A stretch of DNA of 64,000 nucleotides, taken from the NCBI GenBank assembly GCA_026023565.1, contig JAPETS010000006.1, positions 434,001-498,000 on the forward strand, written 5' to 3'. Position 1 is the stretch's first letter. Each line of letters opens with the position of its first letter. Below the pieces are notes generated by a model, which saw only the letters and a list, made by a program, of their open reading frames with translations, ran no database searches and was not told the origin of the DNA. Source of the stretch: Cirrosporium novae-zelandiae. Taxonomy: Eukaryota. Of this stretch, positions 49,509-60,932 are shown piece after piece. The translations under genes were made by a program, and so were the position numbers.

Positions 49509-50589
49509 TTATTCATCATCTCCATCTCCATCATCGTCTACATCTTCATCATCTTGGTCCTCAGAGGCTTCCTCAATAATACTTTGGGTACTTTGTCGAC
49601 CATTTGTAGAGTGACCACTCCGTCGTTGCCCCTGCATGTATTTCTCCGACGTTGTCACCGCCTTTTCTCCCACGTAATTGCTTCCTGTCCATTCCACTTT
49701 GCATTTCGGACACTGTGTCGCTTTCTGGATCCGGAAAAAGTTCTGTATGCAGTTATTATGTAATCGGACGGGACAATCCCGTGTAGGGCATCGTTGACCC
49801 TGTAATCCTTGTCAGCTGACAGCTTGAACAAACAGAGGAGGACTTACCATAGTAATGATTTCCTTGCATGCCTCACATGTCTTGATCTTTACATGTCCGC
49901 CATCATCTTCATCTTCCTCGTCATTGTATGTATCAATAAGCCACCCCCGCAACTCCATTAACCCTCTAGCACTCAACGTCAAGAAACCCTTCCGGCTCTT
50001 CTCAAACCACCCTTCATCTACTAGATCATCGACCACAGCTTCTGCCTCAGATTGAGTAAGCCCTCTGGAAGATTGAGTAGCTTGGCTGTCGGGTCGATGT
50101 TCCTTGGCGAGATTGATAGCCTGCATAGTTGTAATAGCCATGATTTCATTTCGTAAAGTATTGTGGGTTTCGAACATAGCATCCAGCATCCTCTTCACAA
50201 AGGCAATCTCGTCTGGAGAGTGCGAGGTTGCCAGTTGAGTCAAATCATCGCTCGTTGTATTCACAAGGGCATAGATTCGTTGTCGAGTAGTTTGATGTTG
50301 TGTGAACCGAATCTCCATATCTAAAGGAGATATGGCTGTATTGGCAGCAGCAATATAGGATGTAAGATCCTCCTGGGTGACGTCCTGAGGATGACATTCT
50401 CGACCTTCTATCCCATAATTCATGAGCTCTGGATTATTTTCCGATGCCAAGAGACAACATACCATGAACTGAAAAGATAGCCGCGAGGATAGGTTGTGCC
50501 TCTTCGAAGGTCAGGGTTGAGCGACCAAGGAAAGCCTGAAGGAAAGCGCGATTGCTATCATTGTAAGGAGCGTTGGCTTCATGAGACAT
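49509..50589 (-). CDS. NSE1: Smc5/6 complex non-SMC subunit Nse1 (RING-like)
   Basis: Exon 1 50589-50463 (YNDSNRAFLQAFL), intron 50462-50408, exon 2 (YALVNTTSD, LVDEGW, RGLMEL, CEACKEIITM), intron 49847-49800, exon 3 (GQRC...C..RLH..C...CPKCKVEW). Confidence 0.92.
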
Positions 50590-50643
50590 TGTGCGGACTT
50601 TGATACAGGCCTACTCAAAGGTGGGGTAGAATAAGTTGGCGAG

Positions 50644-50659
50644 ACGCGTCGCTACGCGC
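50644..50659. promoter_or_regulatory. MCB (MluI cell-cycle box) ACGCGT plus a near-match ACGCGC upstream of NSE1
   Basis: gagACGCGTcgctACGCGCt about 55 bp upstream of the NSE1 ATG. MCB elements drive G1/S expression of replication and repair genes in ascomycetes. Confidence 0.55.
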
Positions 50660-51132
50660 TTTCAGTTTGACGCTAAAGACCTTTGACAGCAGCCGTGGCC
50701 CAAATTCAAGTCTTTACATATTCTACAGATGTGTTTTTCTCCTTAGAGTTCAATATATACACCTAGATAAATCCATAAGGTCCGTCAGCGCAAGAAGTTC
50801 AAGTTTTGGTTACTACTAGAAACATGATAAAAGTAGGATCGAAGAGACTTTCGAGTCTATTCCCCGTCAACTATCAATGAGCCTGTAGAGCTATCATTCC
50901 AGAAATCCCTATCATTTGATATTGATGCAACTCCCATATGCCATAACAACCAAATATTCCGTCAACTCGGTTGTAGGATATCAGGATTGGCCATACCATT
51001 GTAAGCTACAAATCGATTCACCGTATCTGAAGCACCGTTCTTTCTGGGATCCCAAACCAACGCCGTCGTGTGTAAGGCACAGTATCCTGCAAAGAACTCC
51101 AGGCAAGTAAACTTCCTCCTAGAAAAAATCGA

Positions 51133-51697
51133 CTACGAATTTTCCTGGATGTGTTGATTATATTTATCGTTCGCCGCCCCAAACAGTTCCATTTGCTGTC
51201 TTAGTAGTTCTTCTTCGCTCAGCCCACTCAAAGCGATCTTGTCAACCTTCTTCTCTCGGTTCTTTAATTGTTCCTTATGCTCATTTGCAACAGCTAGAAC
51301 ATCTGATACATATTCGCCAAAGCCAAGATCTGTGAGAGCGCGCTCAACATGTTCGCATGCAATAGTCTTCTTGGCTTCCTTTTCGGCAATATCGTTGGCT
51401 TCGGAAGAGATGAGGGTGATAAATTCAACACAACATTCGATCAATAAGTCTTTTGCGTCCTTGGAAAAGGAGACGCCTTCGGTTGGCGCAAGGATCTCGG
51501 CAATAATCTTTTGGACAGTCGCTACATACTCATTAGCAAGTGTTACGAACATCTTATAGAGCTAGAATAGATGACATACCTTTGGGTAGTGAGAGATCCT
51601 CATCTTTATATCGGCATCCAATAGGGTCAGCGAAACTCTCCATTCTGGAAAGTGCATAGTAGTTAGAGAACTTACCTTTGAACTCTCGGTCTGACAT
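51133..51697 (-). CDS. NCB2: Negative cofactor 2 beta subunit (Dr1/Ncb2), histone fold
   Basis: Micro-exons 51697-51676 (MSDREFK) and about 51603-51580 (DEDLSLPK). Exon 3 from 51521 reads ATVQKII...LLIECCVEFITLISSEANDIAEKEAKKTIACEHV...LSEEELLRQQMELF. Confidence 0.93.
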
Positions 51698-51974
51698 TTT
51701 ATAGACCTGAACGAACGATATGTAGGTTTAAGGAAAGGTGAAGGTATCGGGTTAATGCCCAATAAACTCCGAGCTCAAGCAGGACCCTCCGCCATTGGTG
51801 AAACTTTTATTCCGGCGGCAAAGCTTATTTTTGCGCCATATAAATTTTCTCGTAGTTCTTCTCACATTTTTTTCCACAAACATTGAACATTGCTTCAATA
51901 AAACTCTCAACGCTTGCAATCTTCGAAATGGTACGTTAATTCCTGCAAATGATTGCATCTTATTCCTAGACCTT

Positions 51975-52068
51975 CTATTATGATGAATATCGTGTCGCCC
52001 CTATCTTACCAAGAGCTATTGCTCATGTGGTGACTTACCTGTCCTAGCCAAACGGACGATCTGATCTA
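51975..52068 (+). ncRNA. Box C/D snoRNA, intronic; D' guide matches the LSU rRNA Gm908 region (snR60/U80-like)
   Basis: C box ATGATGA 51980-51986. Guide TCGCCCCTAT 51995-52004 is complementary to the conserved LSU AUAGGGGCGA. D' CTTA, hairpin GAGC-TATT-GCTC, C' TGGTGA, D box CTGA 52061-52064. Lies between a GTACGT donor (51931) and a GCTAAT branch with AG (about 52117-52138). The rRNA target is recalled, not aligned. Confidence 0.72.
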
Positions 52069-52462
52069 TTTCTCCTCCATTATTTCCATCCACCTTTCTC
52101 TAGCAATATACGATCCGCTAATTCCATGAAAGATTTAGGTCTTAGAATGCCAGCGTTATACCCGTAGGGATATGATGTGGACGCACTTCTACCTAGCCAA
52201 TCTCTTCATATGAGACGAGTTCCCACACGTCCAGTCGACCGTCTCCTTTACAATTCTATGATGTTCGAAAAAGAATGTATTATTAAATTTGGACGTCGAA
52301 AGGCGAATCCAACTAAAGACATGGCTGGTCATTGAGACTTCGTTGATTTCTGTTCCAATACAACGACTACACTATCTAGAGCCTGGTAAGCTCATGTGAC
52401 TCTCAAGTAAAGATCTCCAACGTGAGTATTCTATTCCATATTATTCTCAATACAAGACTCCC

Positions 52463-52563
52463 GGCTTATGATGTAAAAACACACTCCATGCTAATACCGG
52501 AGGCGTGAAAGCGCCGGATGTGGATGCCCATGTATTCAATCTTTTCATCTTTCGACTGAAGCC
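52463..52563 (+). ncRNA. Box C/D snoRNA, intronic, double guide: snR53-like (18S Am796 region) plus an LSU 5'-domain guide
   Basis: Terminal stem GGCT/AGCC and C box ATGATGT 52468-52474. TCCATGCTAAT (52485-52495) is complementary to 18S AUUAGCAUGGA. GNRA hairpin GGCGT-GAAA-GCGCC. The D guide CTTTTCATCTTTCGA (52541-52555) is complementary to LSU UCGAAAGAUGAAAAG. D box CTGA 52556-52559. Nested in intron GTGAGT (52422)...GCTAAC...TAG (52620). Confidence 0.82.
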
Positions 52564-53494
52564 TCTCAAGTCTTTTATCCTTTAAATGCTTCGGCGTGAC
52601 CATATGCTAACGGTCACTAGGATTTCGTAGTCGACATAGACCTTTAACCTCTCCCTTTGACATTATCCTATGTAGAACCACGTAGAGTATGAGCATACTT
52701 AGATTACAATTATAACTATTAATGAAAGTATTTTGACAATTTTCAGCTCGGTGTCAGTTGACCAAACTTGGTGATTAAATCAACCTGATGTAACCTTTTG
52801 CGGCTCTTAACTGAACTTAATATGCTCCGGCTGGCGTAATTTGTGCAGATATGCAGATATAGATAATCCTTCAAGGCTTCGATGCAGCAATCCTTCATTG
52901 ATGTCTTTCCAGCCTTACCTTGGCATAACTCCGCCCAGTTACTTCGCCATTCCCACATTCTTGCAAACGTTTGGCACCACTCATCCATAGTATATCGTAG
53001 CCTTCAATTACACTCCTACTCCTCGTCTATTGATAGACATGGCCATTTATCGCTTATCTATGGCCAGCTGATGTCTTTTCATTGCTAATGTCCAGAATCA
53101 GGGTTTCTGCATGCTGAGCTCTCCAGCCTGGTACTCTGTAGGCTAACTTCCAGGTCTTAATATACCAGACTTAAACACCACCCCTGGTACAAGATCATAT
53201 TGTTGTCTCTCTTAAGATTCTCTCTCCGGGTTACAGTTTATTATATATGCGATATTAATGTCTTCCCTCTTTCCTTGGCCATTCCTTCCCCCGTAACAAC
53301 ACCTGGCTTGAGTTGAGGGATATTTCTTGAAGTGAAGATTATATAGGAATATCGCATTCCTATATCCTAACAGCAAAAGAGCTATACAGTATTATCAACT
53401 CTTAAAATTTCCACCTTCACAATACTTTGCGATGCTTCGCACTTCCATTCCACATACATTATAATAAGAAGTGAAACCCACCTACCTATCTACA

Positions 53495-55264
53495 ATGCCG
53501 CAACGCCCTGAACATGATCATGCACATCCCAAAACGCCCGTCACCAACAAAAACTCATCATTTCTATCAAAATTTCGCAGAAGTGATCCCAATGACCAAG
53601 AGCAGCCCATGATCCAGGCGAAGAGTCTTAAACCGCCAAACAAACGCCGTTTTACAAACTGGTGGCTCTGGGAGCTTTTGAGCTGGGTCGTTGCAGCTTC
53701 GACTCTAATGGCAGCCATTGTCATTCTAGCAAACTATCACGGAAAATTATTGTCGGAGTGGCCCTTCAGTTTTACCCTAAACTCTCTGATATCCTTTTTT
53801 GGTACCATTTCAAAATCTGCAATGCTTGTATCGGTGACGGAAGCGTTAAGCCAACTGAAATGGAACAGATTTAGTCGCCGGCAACATGACCTCGTTGAGC
53901 TTCAAGAATATGACAATGCTTCCCGCGGTCCTTGGGGCTCCAGTTTACTTATTATAAGCCTCCGAGCTCGAACCCTAGCATCCGTAGGAGCAGGTATTAT
54001 CATACTTGGGCTTGCAGTTGACACATTTATGCAGGCAGTAGTCACGTATGTTGCAAGACCAACACAGATCCATGGACAAGGAATCCTTCCCCGAGCAAGT
54101 GGCTATTTCATGCACGACAATGACTCTATGGGGCTCCAGACCATCGATCTTACCATGAAGGCAGCAATATACAATGGGATATACAGTTCTGACATTTCAA
54201 GTATAGACTTCTCGCCGAGTTGCGACTCTGGGAACTGTACGTGGCCCAAGTATTCGACTTTGGCAATAAGTAGCCAGTGTGCAGACGTGACCAACCATAT
54301 CTCTCAAAACTGCAGCGATGTCACGAAATGTCCGGCCAGATTGCCAGATGGTCCTTTACTCCATGTTTTCTATTACTTGAATGTCACAACTTACGACATG
54401 TGGGGCAACCAGACGCTTGCATTTAAGAATATCCCGAACCGTTTGCTGGATTTTGTGACCATGTATTCCCCTAGCTCTTTTAATAACGCAAGTGATGTCA
54501 AGGCCTTTGAATGCATACTATATTTCACCGTCAACTCTTATTCGGGCACTACAATGACAAACGGAGTCTTGTCGGAGAACGGGACAACCTGGTATCCCAA
54601 AGAGGCATTTTTAGATGACGCATCAACCTGGGAATTCGACTCTCCAAGCGAATCGTCTGGTACTGGGGAGGATTCTCACTTTGAGATCGCCGCCAGCTCC
54701 CTCGTCGGCTTCTGGTCCATATTCCCTGACCTCTTCAATGGCACCGTCTATGGATCCCCTGCCTCGCCACCCTTTTATTCCTCGGATACAATGCAAGCCT
54801 TTCGGAGCAGCGCCGAGAGTCTCGGTCGCATGCAGAAACTGTTCACAAACCTCGCAACTTCTATGACAAACAATATTCGGGAGGAAGGAGGAGCTAATTC
54901 CACCGGGACTGCCTGGAAGACTGAAACCTATATTCATATTCGGTAAGCTCACAGCTATGAATTCTCTTCAGGATCGATAACTTGGCTGATTTCCTGTAGC
55001 TGGCAGTGGCTTATTCTCCCTGTTTCCTTACTTATGCTTTCCCTGGTCTTCCTCATCATAACAATGCTTGTAAGCAACAAGCAAAATATACCCGTGTGGA
55101 AGTCGTCGCAACTTGCATTGCTGTTCCATGGTCTGACCCCCGAGTACCGAGCTAAAACCGATCATGAAAATGCCAATCTAGATTTGATTACTGAGATGGA
55201 AGATTTTGCAAAGAAGATCCGGGTAAAGCTCATGCAAACAGAGGACGGTGTTCAATTTGTTTGA
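53495..55264 (+). CDS. Membrane protein of unknown function (DUF3176-like)
   Basis: Motifs WWLWELLS, TLNSLIS, VTEALSQLKW, YDNASRGPWGS, CDSGNCTW..YSTLAISSQC, NLATSMTNNIR, G.AW..ETYIHIR|WQWL.LP and PVWKSSQLALLFHGL. Intron 54943-54999. Confidence 0.85.
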
Positions 55265-55995
55265 CCAAATCGAAGCGAGTGGTCAATACTGAATACTTTT
55301 TATTTGGCTTTAAAATATTTATTCAAGATGGAGGAAAAGGGAAGGTGGTGGGTTAAGCTTTGCTCCTTTCTATATTACGCGACACATGACTATAACGGCT
55401 TCCTTTTTTTTTGCTGACTTTCCAAGTTGTCAGTATATTGTTACCAAACAAGTAGTGTATTTCTAACCAGAAGATTGAAATTGACCACGAGGGTTAATGT
55501 TACGGATAAGGATCTATTAAAGCTATCCTCTCCGGTTTTAAATATCCTCGCCGTCTATGGCCGTAGAGGAGCCAACTAAACTACCAGGCAAGGCCCTTGT
55601 CTGAAAATGTTCCCTCTTCCCTTCAAAACCTTAGTTAGGGTTAGCAGAACGTGCATTTTATATTCCAGTACTGGCCTCTGAAATTAGTAATAAATGTGGA
55701 TATTGTCTATGCCTAGCCAGTGGCTCACGCATTATCTGATGGCTACTTTTGTTGAATGTGCACTTGTGTTAGAGACCAACCCACACAGCGTTGTGAATAA
55801 CTAGATCAAATAAATAGCCTTATCCAAACCAGCTGTAGGCCGAGAATTTTGATAGATTGATTAAACCTAGATATCTCAAGGTTTATTCGGTTTAGATATA
55901 TATAGAGTTTCTTCGTTTTAGGTGTTTTAATCGGCTTACACTTTAAAGTAATAAACCGTTTGTTTAATTTATTCTTCTCTCTGCTCCCCATCATC

Positions 55996-56971
55996 TTAGT
56001 CCTGGTATGCCATTAATTCTTCGCTACTCCAGCTGCATTGATTATTAGCCATCGCTTCAATATCCAGACGACAGACTTACTTTAAGAACCTTCCACTCAA
56101 ATCCTTGGGTGGGTTGAGCACCAGCCTTGCCATTACATTGCCTGGCTGCTCTGGTCTCAACAACTTCTTGTCCTCAAATGCACTCCTAAATTTTGCAGCA
56201 TCTACAGCATCCATCTTATCGATATGATGGCTACGGAGATTCGCTTGCATGGCCGTATCTACCATCCCCGGACGAAGTGATATGGTTGTGACGTCGGGTT
56301 CCTCTACTTTCAAAGTCAGAGCCAAATGGTTCAGCACCGCCTTTGAAGCCCCATATGACCCCCAAGTACTATACGCATTAATGGAGGCGCCAGATGAGGT
56401 CAAAACAATACAACCTTTGGAGCTGCGCAGCGATGGTAACGCAGCTTGTACCTGAAATAGTTTTCCTGTCAACCCCAAAGCACAAACTTTTCTACTGAAG
56501 CAATATAAGAAATAAATAATATTTACCACTGTAATCGCACTGAAGACATTGATATTAAACGCATCCTGCCAGTCCTCTATTTTCGAATCCGATATCCTCG
56601 CCACGGGATCCAAAATCCCATGGTTGACGATTAGTCCATCCACGGCCCCAAAATTCGATATGGCTAGGTCAACAACCTGCTTTCCGAGGGTAAAATCGGT
56701 AGAGAGGTCGCCGCTTAAGACCTGCACCTGCTTTGGATACTGTTCCTTGAGCTTGTCCAAGGGTTCCTTGCTGCGAGCTAAAACAACGAGATTGCTCGAT
56801 TGGGGGGCGCGGAGTAGATAGTGAGCGACGGCGAGGCCAATGCCTAATTGAAAAAAAGTTGGAAGGAAATATTAGTTATTCGAAAGGTTTGTTGGCTTGG
56901 GGGGAGGGGGGAGGCAATTGGTAAGGTGTACCTCTGGAAGCTCCTGTAATGATTATTGTTTTTGGACTCAT
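55996..56971 (-). CDS. Short-chain dehydrogenase/reductase (YIR035C/benzil reductase-like)
   Basis: TGASR|GIG, LIVNHG, SSGA, YGASK and PGMVDT. Introns 56931-56844, 56526-56452 and 56080-56033. The last exon reads WSSEELMAYQD*. Confidence 0.92.
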
Positions 56972-57117
56972 GTTTGTTTTGAGATGATGGAAAAGTAAAA
57001 ATGTTAATTTTTGGGTATAGTCATGGGCGTTAATTAGTGGTGGGGGGGGGGGCGGGGGGCAGCAATGATGCCCCTCACCCCGATAAGAAAGATATTTTCT
57101 TATCAGTGCTTTTGATA

Positions 57118-57199
57118 GATACCTGTATGATACCTGTGTGATACCTGTGTGATACCTGTATGATACCTGTGTGATACCTGTGTGATACCATGATACCAG
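57118..57199. repeat. 11-bp minisatellite GATACCTGT(A/G)T x6 plus two truncated units, in a divergent promoter
   Basis: Unit variants run A,G,G,A,G,G (a 33-bp higher-order duplication), followed by GATACCAT and GATACCAG. Confidence 0.92.
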
Positions 57200-57364
57200 C
57201 ATAGAGTGCATATTGCGTAAAATAAACTGCATTGTCTTATCCTTCCTGGATTCTCTACCTACCTAGGTAGATATGAATGAATTAATTAACATCTCCTGCA
57301 GCGATAGCTGACCATCCATCGGCAAGTAAAATAAATCCCCCGCCTCTCCCGAACTACCGTTAAA

Positions 57365-58709
57365 ATGGCTACTGTCATCATCGGCGCTGGCATAATTGGA
57401 ACCTCCACAGCCTACTATCTCTCCCGATCCCCCACCACATCCGCCGACTCCATCCATCTCGTTGAATCCTCCCCTCGCCTTTTTGCTTCCGCATCCGGCT
57501 ACGCAGGAGGATTTCTTGCCAAAGATTGGTTTTCGTCTTCGGTGGTCTCCTTGGGGGTATTGTCGTTCGAGCTTCATGCACAGCTTGCGGATCAGTATGG
57601 AGGGAGGGAGAGATGGGGGTATGCTCGGAGTACCGGGTTAAGTCTGACGGATAGCGGGGATGGGCCTGAAATGGATGGTAAAAGGGGAGAGGATTGGTTG
57701 TTTGAAGGGACAAGCCGTGCTGGAGTAGCGGCTACACGTGAATCTGTTGGAGCGAAAGCGCCTTCGTGGTTAACGAGGCAGAAAGGAGGGAAGTTGGAGA
57801 CTCTCAGTAACGGGGACACCTCCGCTCAGATGTGTGTTTGAATCTCCACCCCCATCTCCAATTAGAACTAACCCGCATTGCCTACCCAGTGATCCCTTAC
57901 GGTTCTGTCAATTCCTCCTATCCTCATGCCAGAATCGTGGCGTCCACCTCCACCAGCCCGCCCGCGTTCTCTCCATCTCCACCAACCTCTCCTCCGAACT
58001 CTCTAGCATCCGGATTCTCGAAAACGACATAGAAACGGACATACCATGCTCACGGGTCGTCATCACCGCGGGAGCCTGGACCCCACAAGTATTTTCCTCC
58101 TTATTCCCCTCCTCGCAAACGAAAATCCCCATATCGAGCCTCGCCGGCTATTCTCTTCTCGTGAGGTCTCCTCGCTGGACTGCTGACACAAAAATGCCCA
58201 CCGAGGAGGAACGACCCAAAGAATGCCACTCCGTATTCACAACGACAACAGACAAACCCGGATTCTCTCCAGAAATAATATCCCGCCTTGGCGGGGAAAT
58301 CTGGGTCGGCGGTTTGAATAGCAGCACGCTACCCCTACCAGACGTGGTAGCTACAGACTCCTCCTCCTTCTCCAACCTAGACCTAGAATCCATCAACGCT
58401 CTAAAAACAGTTTCCACGCGCCTGCTTGGGCTTCCTAGGAAGCAAGAACAGGAAAACGATCTTGAGATTTTAAGGACGGGAGTTTGTTTCAGGCCCGTGA
58501 CGCCGAGGGGACAGGCGATAATAACGAGGTTGGGGGATGAGGTTCTGGGTGGTGGGGTGAGGACTAGGGAGGGGAAGGGGGGTGGTCTGTTTATAGCTGC
58601 AGGACATGGACCTTGGGGAATCAGTTTGGGGCCGGGAACGGGACGTGTGTTGGTGGAATTGATTGAGGGCAAGCCGACTAGTGCGGATGTGAGGGGGTTG
58701 GGGTTGTAG
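57365..58709 (+). CDS. FAD-dependent oxidoreductase, DAO family (Tda3-like)
   Basis: VIIGAGIIG..TAYYL, ASGYAGGFLAKDW, TAGAWT, CFRPVT and AAGHGPWGISLGPGTG. Intron 57832-57889. Confidence 0.92.
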
Positions 58710-58999
58710 AAGTGTTTTTTGGGGGGGGGACATTCTTTCTTCTTCTGGATCTGTTTGCCAGCTTCTCGTTTGTTATGTTATATATGTGCTGTATACAATA
58801 TCTAATACCTTTTCAATAACCAGCAAGCAGTCATCCATCCGTAAACCAAATTTACCTTGATTAATTAATTGATTGATTAACCTTCCACCTTCCACCTTCA
58901 TTCCAGCTCAAAAAGCCACAATCACTCACTCAAACTATTCACAAAACAAGGCTCAAGCTGGACTCGGACTCAGATTCCAAGTGTGTAGATACTTTCAAC

Positions 59000-59060
59000 C
59001 AGTGTTGTCAATAAACTAGACCGACCAGACCGAGGGGGTCGGTCTATAGACTTCGGTCAC
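59000..59060 (+). mobile_element. Isolated left end of a related hAT-like element
   Basis: CAGTGTTGTCAATAAACTAGACCGACCAGACCGAGGGGGTCGGTCTA resembles the TIR and AGACC subterminal motifs of the 59737 and 61249 elements. No partner end identified. Confidence 0.45.
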
Positions 59061-59736
59061 CTGATCATACAAGGGTTTATACAAGGGTCTGATTGGTCAA
59101 CAAATGAATATATATAAGTCAAGGAGCTTGGTGTTGAATTTTGTCAGATTTCTAAACTTTACCAAGCGCATTCTAGCTAGCTAGCTAGCTGAGCATGTAG
59201 CCTCCGACTACTTATTACCTCCAATTTCCAAGCTCTTCCTAGTTATAATATGAAATCGTATACGAAAAGAATTCGAGGCCAAATTTGGGCTTTTCGACAT
59301 TGAAGTTGCTTGAGAAGTCGAAGCAGATGATAAAATAAAATAAGATTCTGAGTGATAATCGACATGTCGAAATTTAAGATGGGGGTGGAGGTGGAAATAG
59401 GGGTGGCGATGAAGGTGGTGGAAGTAAGAATGGTAGAGGTGAAGGTAGTGGAAAAAAATAAATGTCACCAAATTAAAAAAGATGAGGGTAGGCTCTTAGG
59501 GTTAGGGCCTACTAGGCATTGTGGCAAGTTAGTTGAACCCCCTAGACTCGGTTTAGTTATTTATTTAGTCCATTTTGGTTATAATTGTTAGTAGATTAAT
59601 TTCTAGTTTCTTTCTTTCTTTCTTTTTTTCTGAAAAAAGAAAAAAAGTTCCATGTCTCGAACTTTTGAAACTCGAAAACTTGAAACTGGAGCTGGAGTTT
59701 GGGGCGCTCGTCCTAGACATGATGGGGGGTTTCAAA

Positions 59737-59889
59737 CAGGGAAGGGAATAGACCAGACCAGACCGGTTTAACATGGTCAAAATAATCTCATGTTAGGATG
59801 GCACGGATCAGCGGTAAGGACGTTCACGACTGTTACTGCCGTAATAATCACCTTCAGACCAGTCTGGTCTGGTCTATCCCCTTTCACTG
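59737..59889. mobile_element. hAT-type MITE, 153 bp
   Basis: Left end CAGGGAAGGGAATAGACCAGACCAGAC. Right end (reverse complement) CAGTGAAAGGGGATAGACCAGACCAGAC. Flanked by GTTTCAAA (59729-59736) and GATTCAAA (59890-59897), a 7/8 match consistent with an 8-bp TSD. Confidence 0.82.
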
Positions 59890-60321
59890 GATTCAAAAGA
59901 ACAAAGAACACAAAACAGAATCAAGAAAGAAATAAAGAAAGAAAAAGAAAAAAGGACAAAACTGGTTATTATATTTGTACAGTGTAAATGGGTGCATTTT
60001 GTTTTAGCCTTGCTTTCTGTGGGTGTGAAGTCAGCGTGGGCTCCGAGTTCTCGCTCAGGAGGGTTTATACGGTGATGGCGAGCTATCCTTGGAATTCCAA
60101 GTATAAATCCCAGGCACTGCGTGTGTGTTCACATGGAGGATGGTATATAAGTAGAAAGAGGAAAAAAATACAATCACTATTCTTTCAATCGTCAGTTAGT
60201 TATAAGGTACAAATTGAATATTCATAAATATTCATAAATTTTAACCGCTTTTGGTATATATATATATCTCTCTCTCAAATAGCCTCCTAAGCAACGCCGA
60301 ATTAGAAACTCATCATCGCAT

Positions 60322-60932
60322 ATGGCATCCAGACCCCATGGTCAAGAGTCCGAAGAAGGAACTGTATGTGAAGCTCCCCAAGGCATATATATATATATGG
60401 TCTATTTATTGCTGACAAGGCCATGCTATGTGGTTAGTATATGGAAATTCCCATGCTAAAGTGGTACATCTGCAACAGGCTCTGCTCCACGAATCCTGAA
60501 GGAGAAACCTCCAGAGTCTGGAACATCATTCTGAATAACTTCTACGCCGCCGAGGAGGCATACTCCACAGGCCCGGAAATGAAGTTTGGCAGAGGCCACG
60601 CCGATCTGTTCACCTCTCATTTGATCCAGGACCAAGAAATCAAGGAAATCAAATTTCTCGTTGTTGAATGCAAGGCGCCTGGGCTTGAAACACAGCCGAG
60701 GGTTTGGGCAAAGGCTGCTGACCAGTTGAATAGGTATCTTGCCCACGTTGCTGGGCGTAAGAGGAGGGTATTCGGGGCCGTGGCGATAGGAAGGCTTATA
60801 CGGTTCTATCAGTGGGATAGGAGAGAAGGGGGCATCAAAAATATTATTAAAAACGAGATAGAACTTTATATCGACCGTCAGTGCCAAAAGGTGACCAGCC
60901 GGTTGAAATATATTCGCGATTCTCACCTGTGA
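60322..60932 (+). CDS. Small PD-(D/E)xK restriction-endonuclease-fold-like protein
   Basis: Exon 1 60322-60363 (MASRPHGQESEEGT), intron 60364-60437 (GTATGT...GCTGAC...TAG), exon 2 in frame with ORF 60441..60932. Motif order: E...W..IL, PE, ADL, FLVVECK, A..QL.RYL, FGAVAIGR.IRFY.W. Confidence 0.72.

Noticed and set aside
52140..52420. Two extra ATGATGT motifs (about 52170 and 52258) suggesting a third snoRNA
   Set aside because: No properly placed CTGA D box and no rRNA-complementary guide recognised.
53341..53365. 10-bp stem hairpin ATATAGGAAT/ATTCCTATAT upstream of the DUF3176-like gene
   Set aside because: Short, AT-rich and isolated, so plausible by chance.
57118..57199. Short direct repeats as a CRISPR-like array
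   Set aside because: The units are contiguous with no spacers and the context is eukaryotic, so this is a simple minisatellite.
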